Source of the DNA: Balanoglossus misakiensis | Lineage: Eukaryota; Animalia; Hemichordata | Reading direction: 5' to 3' | Assembly: GCA_040954595.2 (NCBI GenBank) | Contig: CM082577.2 | Location: 10,317,846-10,381,845 of the forward strand | DNA: 64,000 bases | In this document: positions 27,201 through 42,200 of the stretch, in pieces | Position numbering within the stretch: the first letter of the stretch is position 1 | How the letters are laid out: the number at the start of each line of letters is the position of its first letter | Notes under the pieces: generated by a model | Seen by the model: the letters and a program-made list of their open reading frames with translations, nothing else | The model's database searches: none | Told to the model about the DNA's origin: nothing | Program-made: the position numbers and the translations under genes

Positions 27201-30200
27201 TGAGTATAATTCCATATGTATTGAGTTTCGTTACTTACCAAAATGCTATATTCCAATTTTTTTGTGCTTTTGAGTTGTACATGTAGTCATATATTTTGGA
27301 GTTACACTATTGAGAGTGTTCTAAAAACCCAGCCACGGACAATAAATATGTACGATGTTATTAAACATCACATACAACAGATCAATTAATATTGCATGAA
27401 ATCCATACAAAGTCGGTACATAATGGTAAGTTCCAAGTATGAGAATGCTGTATGGGTAATTAATATGCGCTCTTACAAACTACATGAACTTTCAATGGTT
27501 TTCACAGGATCCACATGGAGAATTGAGAGACAAGAATGTTTTAATCGTTCGTGGCAAACTGGAGGACACTGCAAAAGTGTGCGGGATAGATGTGGATGTC
27601 ACCACGGAAACATTGGCCAGGTGCAGAGAAATCTTGTACGACGAGAGACTGAAAAGACCGAAGCCCCATCTGGACGATAAAATGATCACTGCTTGGAATG
27701 GTAATGTAGTATTTTCTGACAAAAGAATGGTCATCCTTTTTTGTCGTACTTCATAAACGAGTAATTGTAATCAAGCAAACTTGTCCAAAAAAACGCGTGC
27801 AATTTTTCTTCATAGATTTCTTCACATTTGATGCAGCACAGGGTCGTTGTCAGTACCCTGTATGTCAAGTTCAACATGTACTACCAGTACCTGTTAACCT
27901 TCAATTTATACTCAGTAGAGAATATTATTAATTCAAAATATAAAAACAGTAGATTGGTGCGTTTATACACATGGTTTGAGAACCATGTATCAGACAACAT
28001 CTTTTTTTTGCAAGCATTGTGACAATCATAAATGTAAAAGTCTAATTTTTTGATAGGTCTGATGATCTCGGGGTTTGCCAGGGCGGGGCAGTCGCTCGGC
28101 AACGCAGAGTACACGGACAGAGCTGTGAAAGCAGCCGAGTTTGTCAAGAAGCACATGTACGATGAAACCAGTGGGTGTCTGCTCAGAAGTTGCTATGCTG
28201 GGAGGACCGGTGATGTGACTCAGATGTAAGTGACCCTCGTTGTCTGGTGTGTGAGTTTTTGTAACACAGACTTAGTTCGTTTCTGTGCTGTGATAGGTCA
28301 AATCATTAATTGTCATGTTGGGTGCATCATTTTGGTGCTGAACAATGTGATGAGAGCATTATCAGTTTATGGTTTTCAAACTGTGACCTGACGAGGTATA
28401 AGATCTGCCTACTGATACCTGGAGATTATCTGTGCAACTTGCATAGCTCATGAATAAACGTACGGAATGATATGTCCATTTGTACTGCATATACACAGAC
28501 CAGTTTCACTTGTGACTTTATCCGTTGAACAAAAAATAAATTTATGTCTGTTCTGTATGTTGTTTTTTGCAGTGCCACACCAATACAGGGGTTCGTAGAC
28601 GACTACGCGTTCCTGATCCGCGGGCTGCTGGACCTGTATGAAGCGTGCTTTGACGACGCCTGGATCGAATGGGCGGCTCGGCTGCAGCACAAACAGGATG
28701 AGTTGTTCTGGGACAGCGATGAGGCTGGGTACTTCCTGGTGACCGGCAGTGACCCATCGATCCTCCTCAGAATGAAAGAAGGTGAGTGGAGAATTAGAGA
28801 AATGAAAGTATAACTAGAAATTCTTCCTTCTTATGGCATACTGCTGTTTTCTTCGAAAAGTGTATGTAGCTCAGTATTAAAGTAGTTATTTCTTTTTTGA
28901 ATATAGGATTAGATGGATCATAGTTTAATTAAAAAAACACAACCAATTTGTCCTCAATTTATGCTGTATGCCTCCAGCAATAAACAACAGCAGAATGCAA
29001 TTATATCATCTGAGGGCGCCTTCAATGTAATGTCGCACAGCACACACACTATCTGAACCACCGCTCATTTATTGCTTTGTTGAGATTGCGCCGTACGACG
29101 TGTATACCGCCCTCTAGAGACAGAGGCATGCAAAGGTGTACATAAATAACACGGCAATGGTTTAATTTTGAGTCACATCTCGGTTCAGTGCAGGTGAAGG
29201 AACTTTCTCGTTTTCCAAACTGGGTGAACGTTTGCAACGCACAGCTATATAACCCAGATTCCCTTTCACTACACTCTGGCGTCAGCTGATGCGTCGTGCA
29301 TTCCCGCCCATGATGGCAAATTCCAGCGCAATAATAACCTGCTCCGTCAGAAATCCCCGCCGCCTGTTTCCGATTACAGGGGTAATGGCGGAAAAGAAGT
29401 AGGTTCAATATGTCTGTTGGTAAATAATTCACTTTTTTCCTCCATCATTAAAAACAGACTGACGTGCCATTAAACTGACCGACGGGTATTCCAGTAATTT
29501 CCAAACCGATGACTGATTCTATTCCGGGGGGACATTTCGTCAAATTTACCCAGACTTTTATCGGGATTTTGAAACAAAATTACTCCATCACATCACGAGG
29601 AGAAATTCAGGCAAAATAACCAGAATATGGAACATATTTGTTGCTATTTTCGTCCAGAAATCGCGTCACCGACTGATTTTGTTCTAAATCGAGAAATACG
29701 CCTGTGCACTGACATTTAGTAAACCGACGTGGTTGGCATAGTTTCGAGCTCTCGAGAGTCGCCAAATGAAATGGAGATACGCAGAAGTATCAACACAGCC
29801 TAATAAGTTGTACAAATGCTTCACTGGCATTCAGTAAGTGTATCCTACAGCTTGTTACAGCGACAAACAGCTGGACGTGGCCACCGCTCAAATTTGTGGA
29901 ATAATTTCCCCGTCATTGGTTTACGGAAAATCATTGACCTTTTCAGATGCGAGTTTTGATTGAGCATTCGATAGGATTATTTAGAGACGGTAGATTTAAT
30001 CCTATTTATTTTGTCTGAGCATCCTCGTCTTCTTGACTGTAAAATGCTTATGCTGTGTAACATTGAATTATGCAACCTACCGAATCTACACTTTCCCGCC
30101 AAAAATTGTGTGACCGATATTTTAATTGATATTTATGCGCCACCAGAAGCTGGTTCGATACAACAGTTCAGACAATTTACTCAAGTACACGGCAGAAAAT

Positions 30201-33200
30201 AAATAATCCAGCCAACTGTTCAGGTCACAATGAATACTACTGGAGGAAAATGACAATATTTACAACCATGGCGTGCAAGGGTTATGCACTGATCGTAGTC
30301 TGCACACAGTTGACATGGAAAATCTAGAAAGTACAGTCACGGTTGGTTGAATCCGGATAGTGCAGCTTACATGATCGTCAGAGAGAGAGAGTATGAGATC
30401 ACAACATTTTTACACCCGTCGGGAATGCAACTAAAAATGTCGTCAATGCCAGTATAAAAAAACTGTACCGGTATATGCCGGAGTAGAGGTCACATGAAGG
30501 TCACAGACTGCTGTCAAACATGAAAACACGCCAGCTAGCTTGTTCACTCTGCGTATTCTTTATTTTAGAAAATGTCGACATGCCAAGCTTTAGAATTTTT
30601 CGAACGAGAGGTAATTATGACAAGGTGCAGTGTTTGGCATAAAATTATGCTCAGCTGTGACTGGATGGGGCATTTTTGGACTGGAAACAAGGCAATGCTA
30701 TTGATGCTGTGGCATATCAAGACCTGAAAATGCTGATCTGTTTTTATCTAAAATAGTTCAGTGAATGGATAATTAATGCTAAGAAATAAGAAAATGCAAA
30801 TTAACTTTTGGCTGCAAAAATTCATGGGGGGGATATGGCAAAAAAAATCTTGAAATGTGACATGTTAAGATTCTGCTTTACTAGCGGGTATTGTGCATGC
30901 TATCAAAATTTGAAGAATAAATCTGATTTCTCGAGAGGCTTTTACCCAAATACACACAAGTAGACATGTAGATTGAAATTCTTTGCTTATTCAGCAATCT
31001 ATCAGCTCTCAGCATCTCAAGAAAGAGTTGATTGAAAGGAGGAGACTTTGAAAATAGAAACGTGTAGCTGCTAAATTTGAGTGTTTTCACTGAGTCATAT
31101 ACAGCTAGGGGAGAGTTAATTAACAAGGGCAGTCAAGAGATGCAGTTTTGGTTGAAAAAGACGCAGTCAGTGATTGTGCTGCACAAACGGCCAGCAGTGT
31201 GGAACCGAAGAGAGAAAGAGAAAAAAAATGGAGGGAAAGAAAATGACTCAGATATGGCCGCTGGCAAAGTTCCAGTGGAATTAGTTCAATTTGTCAGGGT
31301 TCGACAAATGCTGAGATTTAGATAGGTGATTTATCTGCGTCCAAATGTGAATGGATCGTGAATGGTTGATGGGCAGTGTACGTGGCGGGCACGAGGGGGG
31401 GGGGGGGGCGTCATTACTAACGCCCTAGAAGATGCATGTTGAGGATGGGCCAGATTTTGAATGTGGAGTTCTTGAATTGACTACCCCATTCAAGTTCAAA
31501 TCAATCCCTGCACACTATGCCACGAGATTGCAGATTTTCTTAACGTGCAGTTATCCATTATGTAGGAAATAAACTCAATAACACATTAATTGGTTTGTTT
31601 AAAAAAAATGTATACTCAATAATACCTGCCATTTATTTGTTTGTTTGTTTGTTTGTTTGTTTTAAATGTTGACAAGCGGACAACTGTTCACAGAGTAAAT
31701 ACATTTTAATAAGAGTTAACTTGAAGAAAAGAACACTATTTTTACCCCAGTGGAAGTGAAGAAGTGCATAACACAAATGTAAGACCTTCACAGTGAGTGA
31801 GGAAAAAAATCACCTCCAGTCATGTGTCAGTGTCAAATATGATGGAGCACTTTTTCATGCAGAAAAGTCAGTCACAAAATGAATAAAAATGAGTTTTTGA
31901 AACAACAATCACGAATGAAACCATGCGTGCGACAGGATCCAAGCAAAGCGTTTGTCCCGCTATTTAATATTTATTTTCGTTTTTCTGCTTTTCACGACGA
32001 GGGCCTAGGGACGACGTAATTTGGCCAATTGAGAAATTGTGGAGCGGGTGGAATCGACCGTGTTGACAGAAACGACACATTTTTCCGAGAATTTCTGATT
32101 TGCATGCAAGTTGAACAATAAACAGACGGGAATATATTTCTTCAATAATCACACGCGGTGAAATATCCAAAATTAAATAGAAATCAGGTCAACTTTTTTT
32201 TATTGAGTCTGCAGCACTGACTCAATTAATGTGTTAATGGACACGGGTATGCATTCACACACGAGTACTTCTCATTGGAATATTCTGGAATGTCACACGC
32301 ACTCACAAAAAGTGACCTTCTCCATCTTGACACACTTCTGTTTAAAAAAAAATGACAAACAACTGCACTTTTTGGGGGTTAATCTGAATTTTGATCGTGT
32401 TGGAGCCTTTAATTGATATGCCTGTCATGTGGGCGTTCTCCCTGGAGATGAAATTGCTAGAACAGTGGATGCTTGTGGACCACAGAGGGCGCTGTCCTGA
32501 TCGACCCATTGCCTGCTTTTATCGTGCTCCTATTGCTGTATGTTAAGCATCTGTACATCATAATCCCATCATGGTTGTAACAACATATGTGCACACATGT
32601 ATCATTTGAACATGACCTTGGCCATGTTGGCCCGATTGTAATACCTTTATTACTGTCTGTCAAATAAAATGAAATAATAAGCATTCAATTCTGAACACCC
32701 AAAATGGGGTAAAGAACTGATTCTGAAGATTAAATATTCCCCAACAATTAAAACACGCATTTCACCAACCAGAGCAACATGTAACTAAAGTGGTTTATCG
32801 TCGCATTAAACAGCATGTTTCCTGTGTTTTTATTTTTGCCCTGATGGATTTTCATCAATTTGTCAGAGAAACACATTTTTTTTTGCTGTCCTTGTTGGTA
32901 TTGCATTGTCCACCTAAGTTACAGTCCTACCCGGTAATTGTATCTTCCAATTACATCATGCTATTTCCAGTCCCAGACGTAATTAACCATCTGCCGTGCG
33001 AATTAACCTAAATTCATCCGGTGGTACAGTTCTCCTCGAAATAGTATTTCTGAAACACAAGAACAAAATCCTCCCAGAGGGGAGGTGCATTTTGCCTGCA
33101 TTTCTAAGGTGTGATTAAAGTCTGTCGGGGTTTGTTTTCATCGGCTGCTGTTCTTGCATGGTTTCAGACTGGCGTTTACGGGTGCCCTTTTTTTCCAGTG

Positions 33201-36200
33201 TCGGCTAATTCTCCCGATATATCGTTTTCAGCCAATTGCAGATCAGATGCGCTGCGTGAATAATAATGAGGGTCGCAAGTACGGGTGGATACGACAAGCC
33301 TATAAATTCCTTGACCTCTTGTTTTCCGGGTCACCTCATCTCAAGTAGAAGGCAGACCGCAAATGTCCTACTGATCGTTTGTCCATCGGTTTGTGTAGTA
33401 GTCTATGCTTTCTCGTAGTTTCTGAAAAAAATCCACCTAAAAGACCTCCTTGCATTGTTTCAAACGGATTAATACTTAATCAAAATTTCATCTTCAATAT
33501 CATTACGATAACATATATTTGAAAATTTTCACACATACTAAAAAAAATCTGCTGCGAAATTTAGCAACAGGAAAATTATCATAATATCTGTTATCCAGTT
33601 GTACTATTAAAATGTCAATTTTTCCCTCCTCATTTAGAATCAGCATGAGAGATTGTAAAAAAAACCACCAGTCTTGCCGCAAGAAATGCAGATATACCTT
33701 CAAGAACAGAACTGGTTAAAATTGACCAAACACATTTTCCATTCCACTCACATATCATATATCATAATCCACACACCGTGATATTAATGAATTAGTCAGT
33801 GATCTGTGAAGAGATGCATCTCAAAATCCCCATGCATGCGGTATGCTTTATGAATAAATGAATCATCATCTTGCAGAATCTTATCCTCTTTTCACAGGCA
33901 CAGAATGAAGGGGGGGGGGGGGGAGTCGACATACCTGTGTGTACAAGCTGTTATGTGTGCTGTCATGTGCATTGATCCCGTTTTGCCCTTGTGGTGATTA
34001 GTCCACTCTTTTGGCCTAGTTCCATGAATACTTATCACTGTTTGTGAAATCGCTATCTACACCGGACTATTTGACGAGGGTCTGTTTTTCCGTTTCCTTA
34101 TAATTGTCCAATGAATACTGAATGTTTTTCTTCTTCAAATCTCCATGTTTTTTTTGTCCTCATTTGCCCCGTCTTTGAAGAGGTTCCGTGACCTACATGT
34201 GGAACGATGGGAGTGCTGTTCACCTGATCGAACATCTGTGTGGACGGTGATCTGTTTTTCTCAGTGTTTTTCTGTGTTTCTGACCTCTTTGTCCACACGC
34301 AAAAATACGCACACTTGGAAAAGAATATAGGTTGATTTATGTGCAAACAGTTGTGGATGGCGCAACGAAAAATGAATGATGTGTACATGGTGACCTTGTA
34401 CGTCTACGTGATAACAGAACAGACTTGGCCTGTCTTACATCAATAAAGGAAAAATATGAATTTAATAAATTAGGCGCATCATTCAAACCTGTACAATGGG
34501 AGAACAATGGTCAATTTCTAGGCTGTCAAAATGATGATTTAATACGATCTGTCTGCATTTTCAGTGAAAGCTTGAACAACAGGATCGTGACTGTTTGTCA
34601 AATTATGACAATGGGAAGATGAAATCGGCCATAAAAAATTAACAGGTGTCTTTTTTGATACAGGGACTTTTAACTTACTCAGTTACTGTTGAAATTAAGA
34701 GCATGAGGCTTACGGGTATACGGTCACCTATGTAAATTTAGCTACAGTTACCATAGCAATTTGAGATCTAGCCAATCACAGATTTTCAGTGGGTGTCCCA
34801 CACAAAAAAGAATGCCACCATTTGTTCTTTAAAAATACTCAGATATGTCATTTTTGCCATTTATGGACATATGTAAATTAGAGGTGACCGTGTACATTTA
34901 ATAGCCAACCATTTATAACCTTTTTGAAATGTTGTTTCATAGTGTCTCCACTCGCGTGAGGTAACTTTTTTCTTGGAATCTGAGTGAATGTCAGTGATGG
35001 TGACTATGATGGCGTGGCTTTTCCGCACTGGTGCCATATCAATGTCAGTGTTTACGTATGAAATTGTCCCTTGTTGAAAAGCTGTCGATAATGGATGTCA
35101 TTTTGAAATGGATACTGCAGTATAGAAATTTTACTTTGCACCACACATACATACGGTTGAGATATCAAGCAACTCAAGATGATTTGACGATTTTAATGGA
35201 ACAGTAATTTTGCTCTGCACATTTAAAATGATTACATGGTTGTGAATGCTTTCAACAGATTCTGAGATTTTCATTGTAGAAAATGAATGAAATATTAAAC
35301 ATGGCAAAGATATGTCATTGAGTAAAACCTCACAAAAGTTGGTTTTAACCTACATTCTAGTATGTGGAACGGTTCTTGAACTCTTCGTTGAGGCTGTACC
35401 ATTAAGTGGTAGGGAGAGAGAGGGGGCCTTGAGCTCATTCGGAGGCTATACCATTGTGCAGGAAGGGAAGAAGGATGGGTTTCATGTAGTAGGCATATAC
35501 AATAAATTGATTGATAGATATATACAATGTATGTGGATATTTGTGATCTCCTAGATCACTTGCACGGTATATGAAGAAAGATAGCAATTGGATTATTTTG
35601 ATGCATTTTTTTGAAATCCCTGCATGCATCGAGATTGATTTGGTCACTGTGTGTCTGTGTACACAACACACTGACGTAGAACTCACCAAAATGAATAAAC
35701 AGTAGAGACCGATTATTCATTTTGGCGAGTTTTTCACTCTCGTGTGTACAAGTGGGATGGAAGATATGTGTGGTCGAACCTTTATTCAATATATATCCAC
35801 ATGTAGAATAACATAAACGGTGTCTTGTATCAAACATATGGAAAAGGGTCAGAGGTAGAGAGACTTGTCCCTTTAATGTAGTCAGGAGCCCAGGTGTGAT
35901 TGGATGGGAAAGCAGACACGACGATAAATGCTTTTATTTGATCGTCTGACAGGAGAATATCTGCAGATGAGGAAAAGCCTAATTCAAGCGCATATCTACT
36001 CCAGCGCAGTAATTGCTCCGAATCATGAGAAAAATACAGGCCGCGGTACGAAACACAGCCGCTTGTATCTCAAATAGTCAAGTGTGCTAATTTCGGCAAC
36101 AGAAATTGCCTCGATTTTTATTAAAACCCAAAATACAGCACATACAGCATTTTATTACAGAAAGAGCTTTAAATACACCCTCAGTCTAATTCAGTAAATT

Positions 36201-39200
36201 GATTTAATATCTGAACAAGAACGGCGAACAGTTTTTTTCCCAAGTGTTGCCAACATTTAATCAATTATCAGAAGTACTTCAATGCACTGACATGGGAGCA
36301 TTGTGATTTCACAAACTCTCGAGTTTTGTATTCTTGTCATCCAGCTTTTCTGTTGCTTACAAACAGATTTCATTAAGGAAGTTCAATATCAAAAACACTT
36401 CACTGTCAGCCTGTGAAAGAAAAGCCCATAATGTATCGATCGGTTCGACTGATGAATACATTTAAACCTTAATTTTTAGGTCAAGTTATGAAGTGATATT
36501 GATCTTGTGAATGTTATTATTGTTATTGTATATAAATGAGATTACCTACAAGCTGGGCACACACTCAGAATGACCGACATGCGAAGTATGCCAGCAAGCC
36601 ACAAACAGATGTGTCTTTGATTTGAGTTGATTAGCCTATCATTGGTGCTGCGCAAAAGTTTGGCCTGGTCTTTGATATCTTAGCTATACCAGCAGTTTTC
36701 CCAAAAATTACCAATGCAGGTTCATGTCGGATCATACCATCCAAGCATGCCGGAATGCGTATTTCTCCTCGTACAGGCTTAGCAAGATTCGATCGTGACA
36801 TACATGTACTTGATAAAAGTATACCACTGGGGAAACCTATCCATGCATTTGCAACAGCCCAGCTGGACTACTGTAATAGTCTCTTGTGTGGAGTAACAAA
36901 AGATTGGCTGAGTCGACTGCAGTCAGTTCAAAATGCTGCTACCACATGCCTGGTTAGTCGATCACGCCATACAACACCTATTTAAATTGATCGGCGCAAG
37001 ATTCAATTGTTCACCTTCATAATCCTCAGTGGTACAGCACCTCCACTTGATGGACTTGATTGAGCTGTATGTCCCTGCTGAAAATCTTGGTGCAACAACT
37101 CAAATCATGAAAAATATGGAGCTTCAAAGACCTGTCTATTTACTAAATAATACAGTGGATGATTTTAGGGTTTATATTTCTTGTGTGCGATATTTGTTTT
37201 TAATATCATGTCTCGTACAGCACACTGATTAAAGGAAAGCAGTTGTCGCGCTGCATGGGTGTCCCCCTTGATGAGAATATGTCCCCTCCCATACCAGATC
37301 AAACCCCACGCCACGACATACTAGGATCTTCAGTTGCTGTCCAATCTGATTAAAATCAGATGTAGGGAACGGCGACGTGGTTTTTTTATGCATAAAAAAC
37401 CACGTCGCCGTTCCCTACATCTGATTTTAATCAGATTGGTTGCTGTCATGCCAAGTCTTTGCTACGGTTGGCTGCTTCATTCATTCTTAGAATGATCTAA
37501 TTTCAGGGATTTGTGGATAAATTGTAATGTTTATAAACAAACAAACAAAAAAACGTGGCACAACGACCCCTTCACTTAAACAACAACAGCAACAACAATA
37601 ATATTTATATGCGCTGGCAGCAGTGACTGTGGTGTACAAACTGTTCCAATCCTTCATCTTAGTTTTGCAGTCATTATGTACATTGAAACTTAAGTCAAAT
37701 GACATTTCTTCACATGGGAATGGGAATGTTGAATTGTTAAAATGGTTTACCAGAAACTGATTATTGTCTGTCTGCATGACAAAAACAATACATCAGACAA
37801 AAACAGATGTGCATTGTCCGAAGATGAAGTAGGAAACCTCGCATCGCCCTTTCATTTATCAAATCTGACAAAAAAGCGTACGAAAAATGTCAACAGCTGT
37901 AATAATGCAGCTTATGCATTATTGAAATGGTATTGTTCGAGATGATTCATTTGAAGTGTCTATACTGAGGAAGAAAAATCAGAAATGTCACGAACAGCTG
38001 ATACAGCGAAAGAACAGCTGAAGACAGATTTGATTCCCATCTCTGAACGTGGAACAATCCACCCTGTGTTACTAAAAAGTGTAGAATTCAGACTGCCACA
38101 TTGTTGACAGAGGGACAGTTGTGGGGGGGGGGGGGTCTTACATGTATGTGGGCTGCGCTAAATGATCAAATAATATATGTGTATCTTTCTGCCCTCTGAT
38201 GTCTATCCATTTGTTGTCCATGATCTGCACACACGGTGGCATGTTGGTGTATAACACTTAGTAAGTAACTCACTGTACCATAAATTATATCATCAAAATA
38301 TTATGATTTAAAAATTAAAAAAGACCCCTTCACTGATCACGTCATTTTAATGTCAATATTATGTCATTTTGAGAATTTATTTACCAAGGTTGCCAATTTG
38401 CATTGGATGTACATGTATTGAGATTGCATGTCAGTGACTCAGTGAAACTGTTGGAGATTTTAAGCCTCAGGTTTTCCCAAGAGCCACGTTGATTTCCTGT
38501 GTTTTGCTTTTCTGCTCCGAAGCGTGGCCCATTCGCTATTCTGAAAGCGTGTCGAATCAACATCACTGGGGCTCGCTCATCTGTCAACACCACTGAGCGT
38601 AAATCAAATTTGAGAAAATTTTCCTTTTTAAACTGTCGCATACATGCGCTCAGATTTGCCTGGTATCACACAGGTGTCCGTAGACAGGATGCGCTTGTAA
38701 CTCCACTCAGGCAGGGGCTGACTGTTTTGTTTAGGATTTCCTCTCCTGTGTATGCGTCGACTCTGCTGCGAGGGCAGCCATGCGAGCAGATGAACTCGTG
38801 AAGTGTGCCAATCTCAAATTTTGATGAGCAGTGCATGAAAATTTCATTGAAAATGCCATGTATTGTTTTTTGTTGAATTAAGATATACACGGAATTGTTA
38901 TTTCCTGTCCAGGATTTTGAAGTGATTTAGAGAGACAGATATTTTCTTTCTACCATTCTTGACTATTAATAAAAGTCTTGTTTCTGTGTGCAGACATGCT
39001 TATGGTTATTCTACACCCCCCCCCCTCCCCGATCTGCATAAAAACACAGTTTGTCCACACACAGTCCGTGATAAAAATATCCTTTCATGAAATTCTACAA
39101 CATTCTGCTTCTCTTTTCCCAAGTTCTGTATCATTTGATCCCCACGCTGTGTTTGTCAAGTCTGTCACCAACCCCCTACCCCCACCCCATTCACACGGTG

Positions 39201-42200
39201 TGACTGGTGATGTCATTCGCCCTCTGTGTAGCACGACTGTTGCAGTGATGTTCGGGGTCAGAGGTCAAACAGTGGCAATGATTGCAGCAGGCTACGTCAT
39301 AGCTCCATCCGTCAATTCTCCAGGCAATTGTCCCCCAATTCTCCAAATTCTCATGCACCCATCTTGCCAATTACAGAGTTCACAGCATTCAAGTCAGCAT
39401 GAGCTTATAGAGAGAAGAACTACCGGTAAATGTAATGCCCACAGAGATGATGTGAAGCAAATGACAGCTCTTTAAGAAAAAAAGGACACATTTTACTGTG
39501 TCGTTGCCCTTCCCAAATCGCTCATACCTGACTAACCGCACGTTTCGCGATAAATTTACAGCCCCGGCAACCTCAGTACGCGAGCGAGTTGACTGACTCT
39601 GCTAGCTAGCTCTTATGAATAAATCAAAGATGAATATACTATCCTCTGGCAAGAGCAGCCAATAACCTTGATGTGGGTTAGTACAGCTTCTTTTACCATT
39701 ACCTGCATAGGCACAGCCATTTCTAATTTATGTCGCCGGTGAAATTAAAAAAATCACCCTACTGGTCAGCAGTCAGTCGGTTACTGACTTCTCGCCCGAC
39801 TTGAAACGCTGTCATCCAATTCACCGCATAAAAAGCGTGTGAACGTGCGTGCGGCTCTTGACGTGGCAATTCACGTGCCCTCTACAACGCGAATTACGTA
39901 AATTAGATGATGTATATTAGAGCCGCATAGTGCGGTAATGAGCATTTCCTCTGCCGGATGCACTGTGAAGCTTTATCCGTGCATGCATCCCTGTGGAGTT
40001 CATTGTCCTGGGCTTTTCCCTGTTCAGGGCATGCGAGCCAGAAAAATTAATCATCCTGTCTGATCATGTTAGATTTATTTTTAAATTAAAAAAAACGCGG
40101 TCAAACACCGCTGGGCCATTGTCTTTTATTGTTTTAAACGGTGGAGGTGGTTCATCCAGGACATTGCAGAAAAATGGCGGTGAAATTGATGTTGTAATTC
40201 AACAGTTTTTTTGTCGCTTCCAGTATTACACTAATCTAAGCATTCAAATTAACACAAAATCTGCCAGACCGTAGAGTAGACAATGACTCATAAAAAAAAT
40301 CAATCAATCATAACTTAGGCAGCGAAAAGTCACGCACCTAGTTAACATTTCACAAATTTTTCATCGGGATGAGGGTATTATACAGCTATACATCAATTTG
40401 AGTCAGGTTTTTTTTGTTTCAAGATTCGAATATCTCCAGAAGCAGCTGTCTCCTCAAAGTCCACACAGTGAGTGACCAACTTCTATGACAGCAGCCCCAG
40501 AAGGCTTCTGGTTTAATTATAATCTCTATAGGATAGGTGTTGTTAATACCTAATACTAAAAGCTACCTTGTCGGCTCAATACTGTAGATATCTGCGTGGC
40601 ATAGTTATACATGTACCTTTTTTTGTTTTGCAATCAACAGATGTACTGGCTGTAATCAATCACTGTAACATAAAGTGTTAGATACTCGGGTACATGTGTA
40701 TGTCTATACTGAAACAGCCCATGCAAAACCGTTCTGCGCAATATGGCCAGTGTGCAAACCTCAATGGGCACTTTCAGTTGAAACACGTACAGAAAGTGTC
40801 ATAAATTATTCTATTGCAGTACCACACTTCATGTAGGAGGACTGCAGTTACCAGGCTATGTTTAAGGTATCACCTATGCAAATTTAACCCCTGTTACCAT
40901 GGAAAATTGGAATACAGCCAGTCAGCGATTTTTAGTGAGTGGCACATACTATAAAAAAAGTGCACCACCACATGGTCATTCCATGACTTAGACACGCCCA
41001 TTTGACCACATATAAGCATATTTAAATTAGAGGTGACTGTATAACGTTAAAGGCACTGTTCATTCTCATACTATCGTGGATGCTTTCCCTTATCAGTTGA
41101 TGTCGTCAAACTCTTCCAACCAGTCAGTCACCGAAATCACTCGGATCTCTCAGTTTGGCAATACTGGACTGCAGACTGTTGACATTAGTACGCCTTTCAT
41201 CAAGAAGTCACTATAAAAGTTCATGAAATGTGAGGAAAGGTTCCAATATCACACATTCACTGAGTCTGTCATATCTCAACAGAAAAGTTGACATGTACAA
41301 CCAAAATCAAGCAAGGAGAACCAGCTCAAATGACAGTGCAATAAAAAATGCCTGTTCGCATTTCGGTGCGAGGCATCATGTACATGTACAGTTATGTATG
41401 TGGTGCTATAGATTTGTATTTCTGCCATCTTAGAATCATTTAGGGTGAACTTGAGGGATACAACTGCTATGTTGACTGGGATATTTTGCATATTAATTAA
41501 TTCCAAGATGGCAGAAATGACAATCTCCCCTGCACATTTATACAGTCTAAGAAATATAGATTTGATCCAAATCACGGACTGTTAACATAAATAATAAGTT
41601 CCTTTTTTCACCATGATCCTCCCAGTGTGAGTTGGATGGAGCTCCTTGCTGAAGTTTGGTTGTAATTTTTTGTACTATGGCTGGGAGGAAATCCTTCACT
41701 AGACTCACAGACAGCAGCTACTGAGGACGCACAGACTCAAAACACTGCTGTCGTACGTCCTTGAGACAGTTCCACTGTGGCCTAGCTGCTGCAGCTATCA
41801 ACAGAGCCGTGTCATAAGATAGGTCTCTTGGCGATCATTTCGGGCTCTGATCTATAACATGCGTAGACAGGTGCACGGTCGGAAAGGGGGAAAAAGATAC
41901 TCTGATTATGTTACAGAACTAGTCTGTCCCGCTTCTAATACAGAGCCAAAATATTTGATTCATGGACTCGAGACTCAGCGCCAAACAGCTGGGTTTGTAA
42001 GAAAGAAATTCTCCGACATCTAGCTGCACCTCTGATCTGGTCGCATTCTGCCACGCATCTGTCATCGATACAACATCAATCATTGGATGATCGCAGGAGG
42101 AAATATCGACTGGAGCTGCGTAGCATCTGCGCGAGATCTGTTTCAGTCGGTGAAACTTATGATCAGTCCAGTTTTTCCGTGCTTAAGCTATATTTAGTGA

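Noticed and set aside
38978-39475. Longest ORFs in the track (165 aa here; also 151 aa at 3225-3680 and 133 aa at 49233-49634)
   Set aside because: Non-ATG starts, no recognisable domains and no splice context consistent with a gene; ORFs of this size are expected by chance in intronic DNA.
41410-41720. Possible Helitron/Helentron-associated repeat (AAGTTTGGTTGTAAT...CACAGACAG motif)
   Set aside because: Single degenerate occurrence with no definable ends or second copy in the window; cannot be supported without a repeat library.
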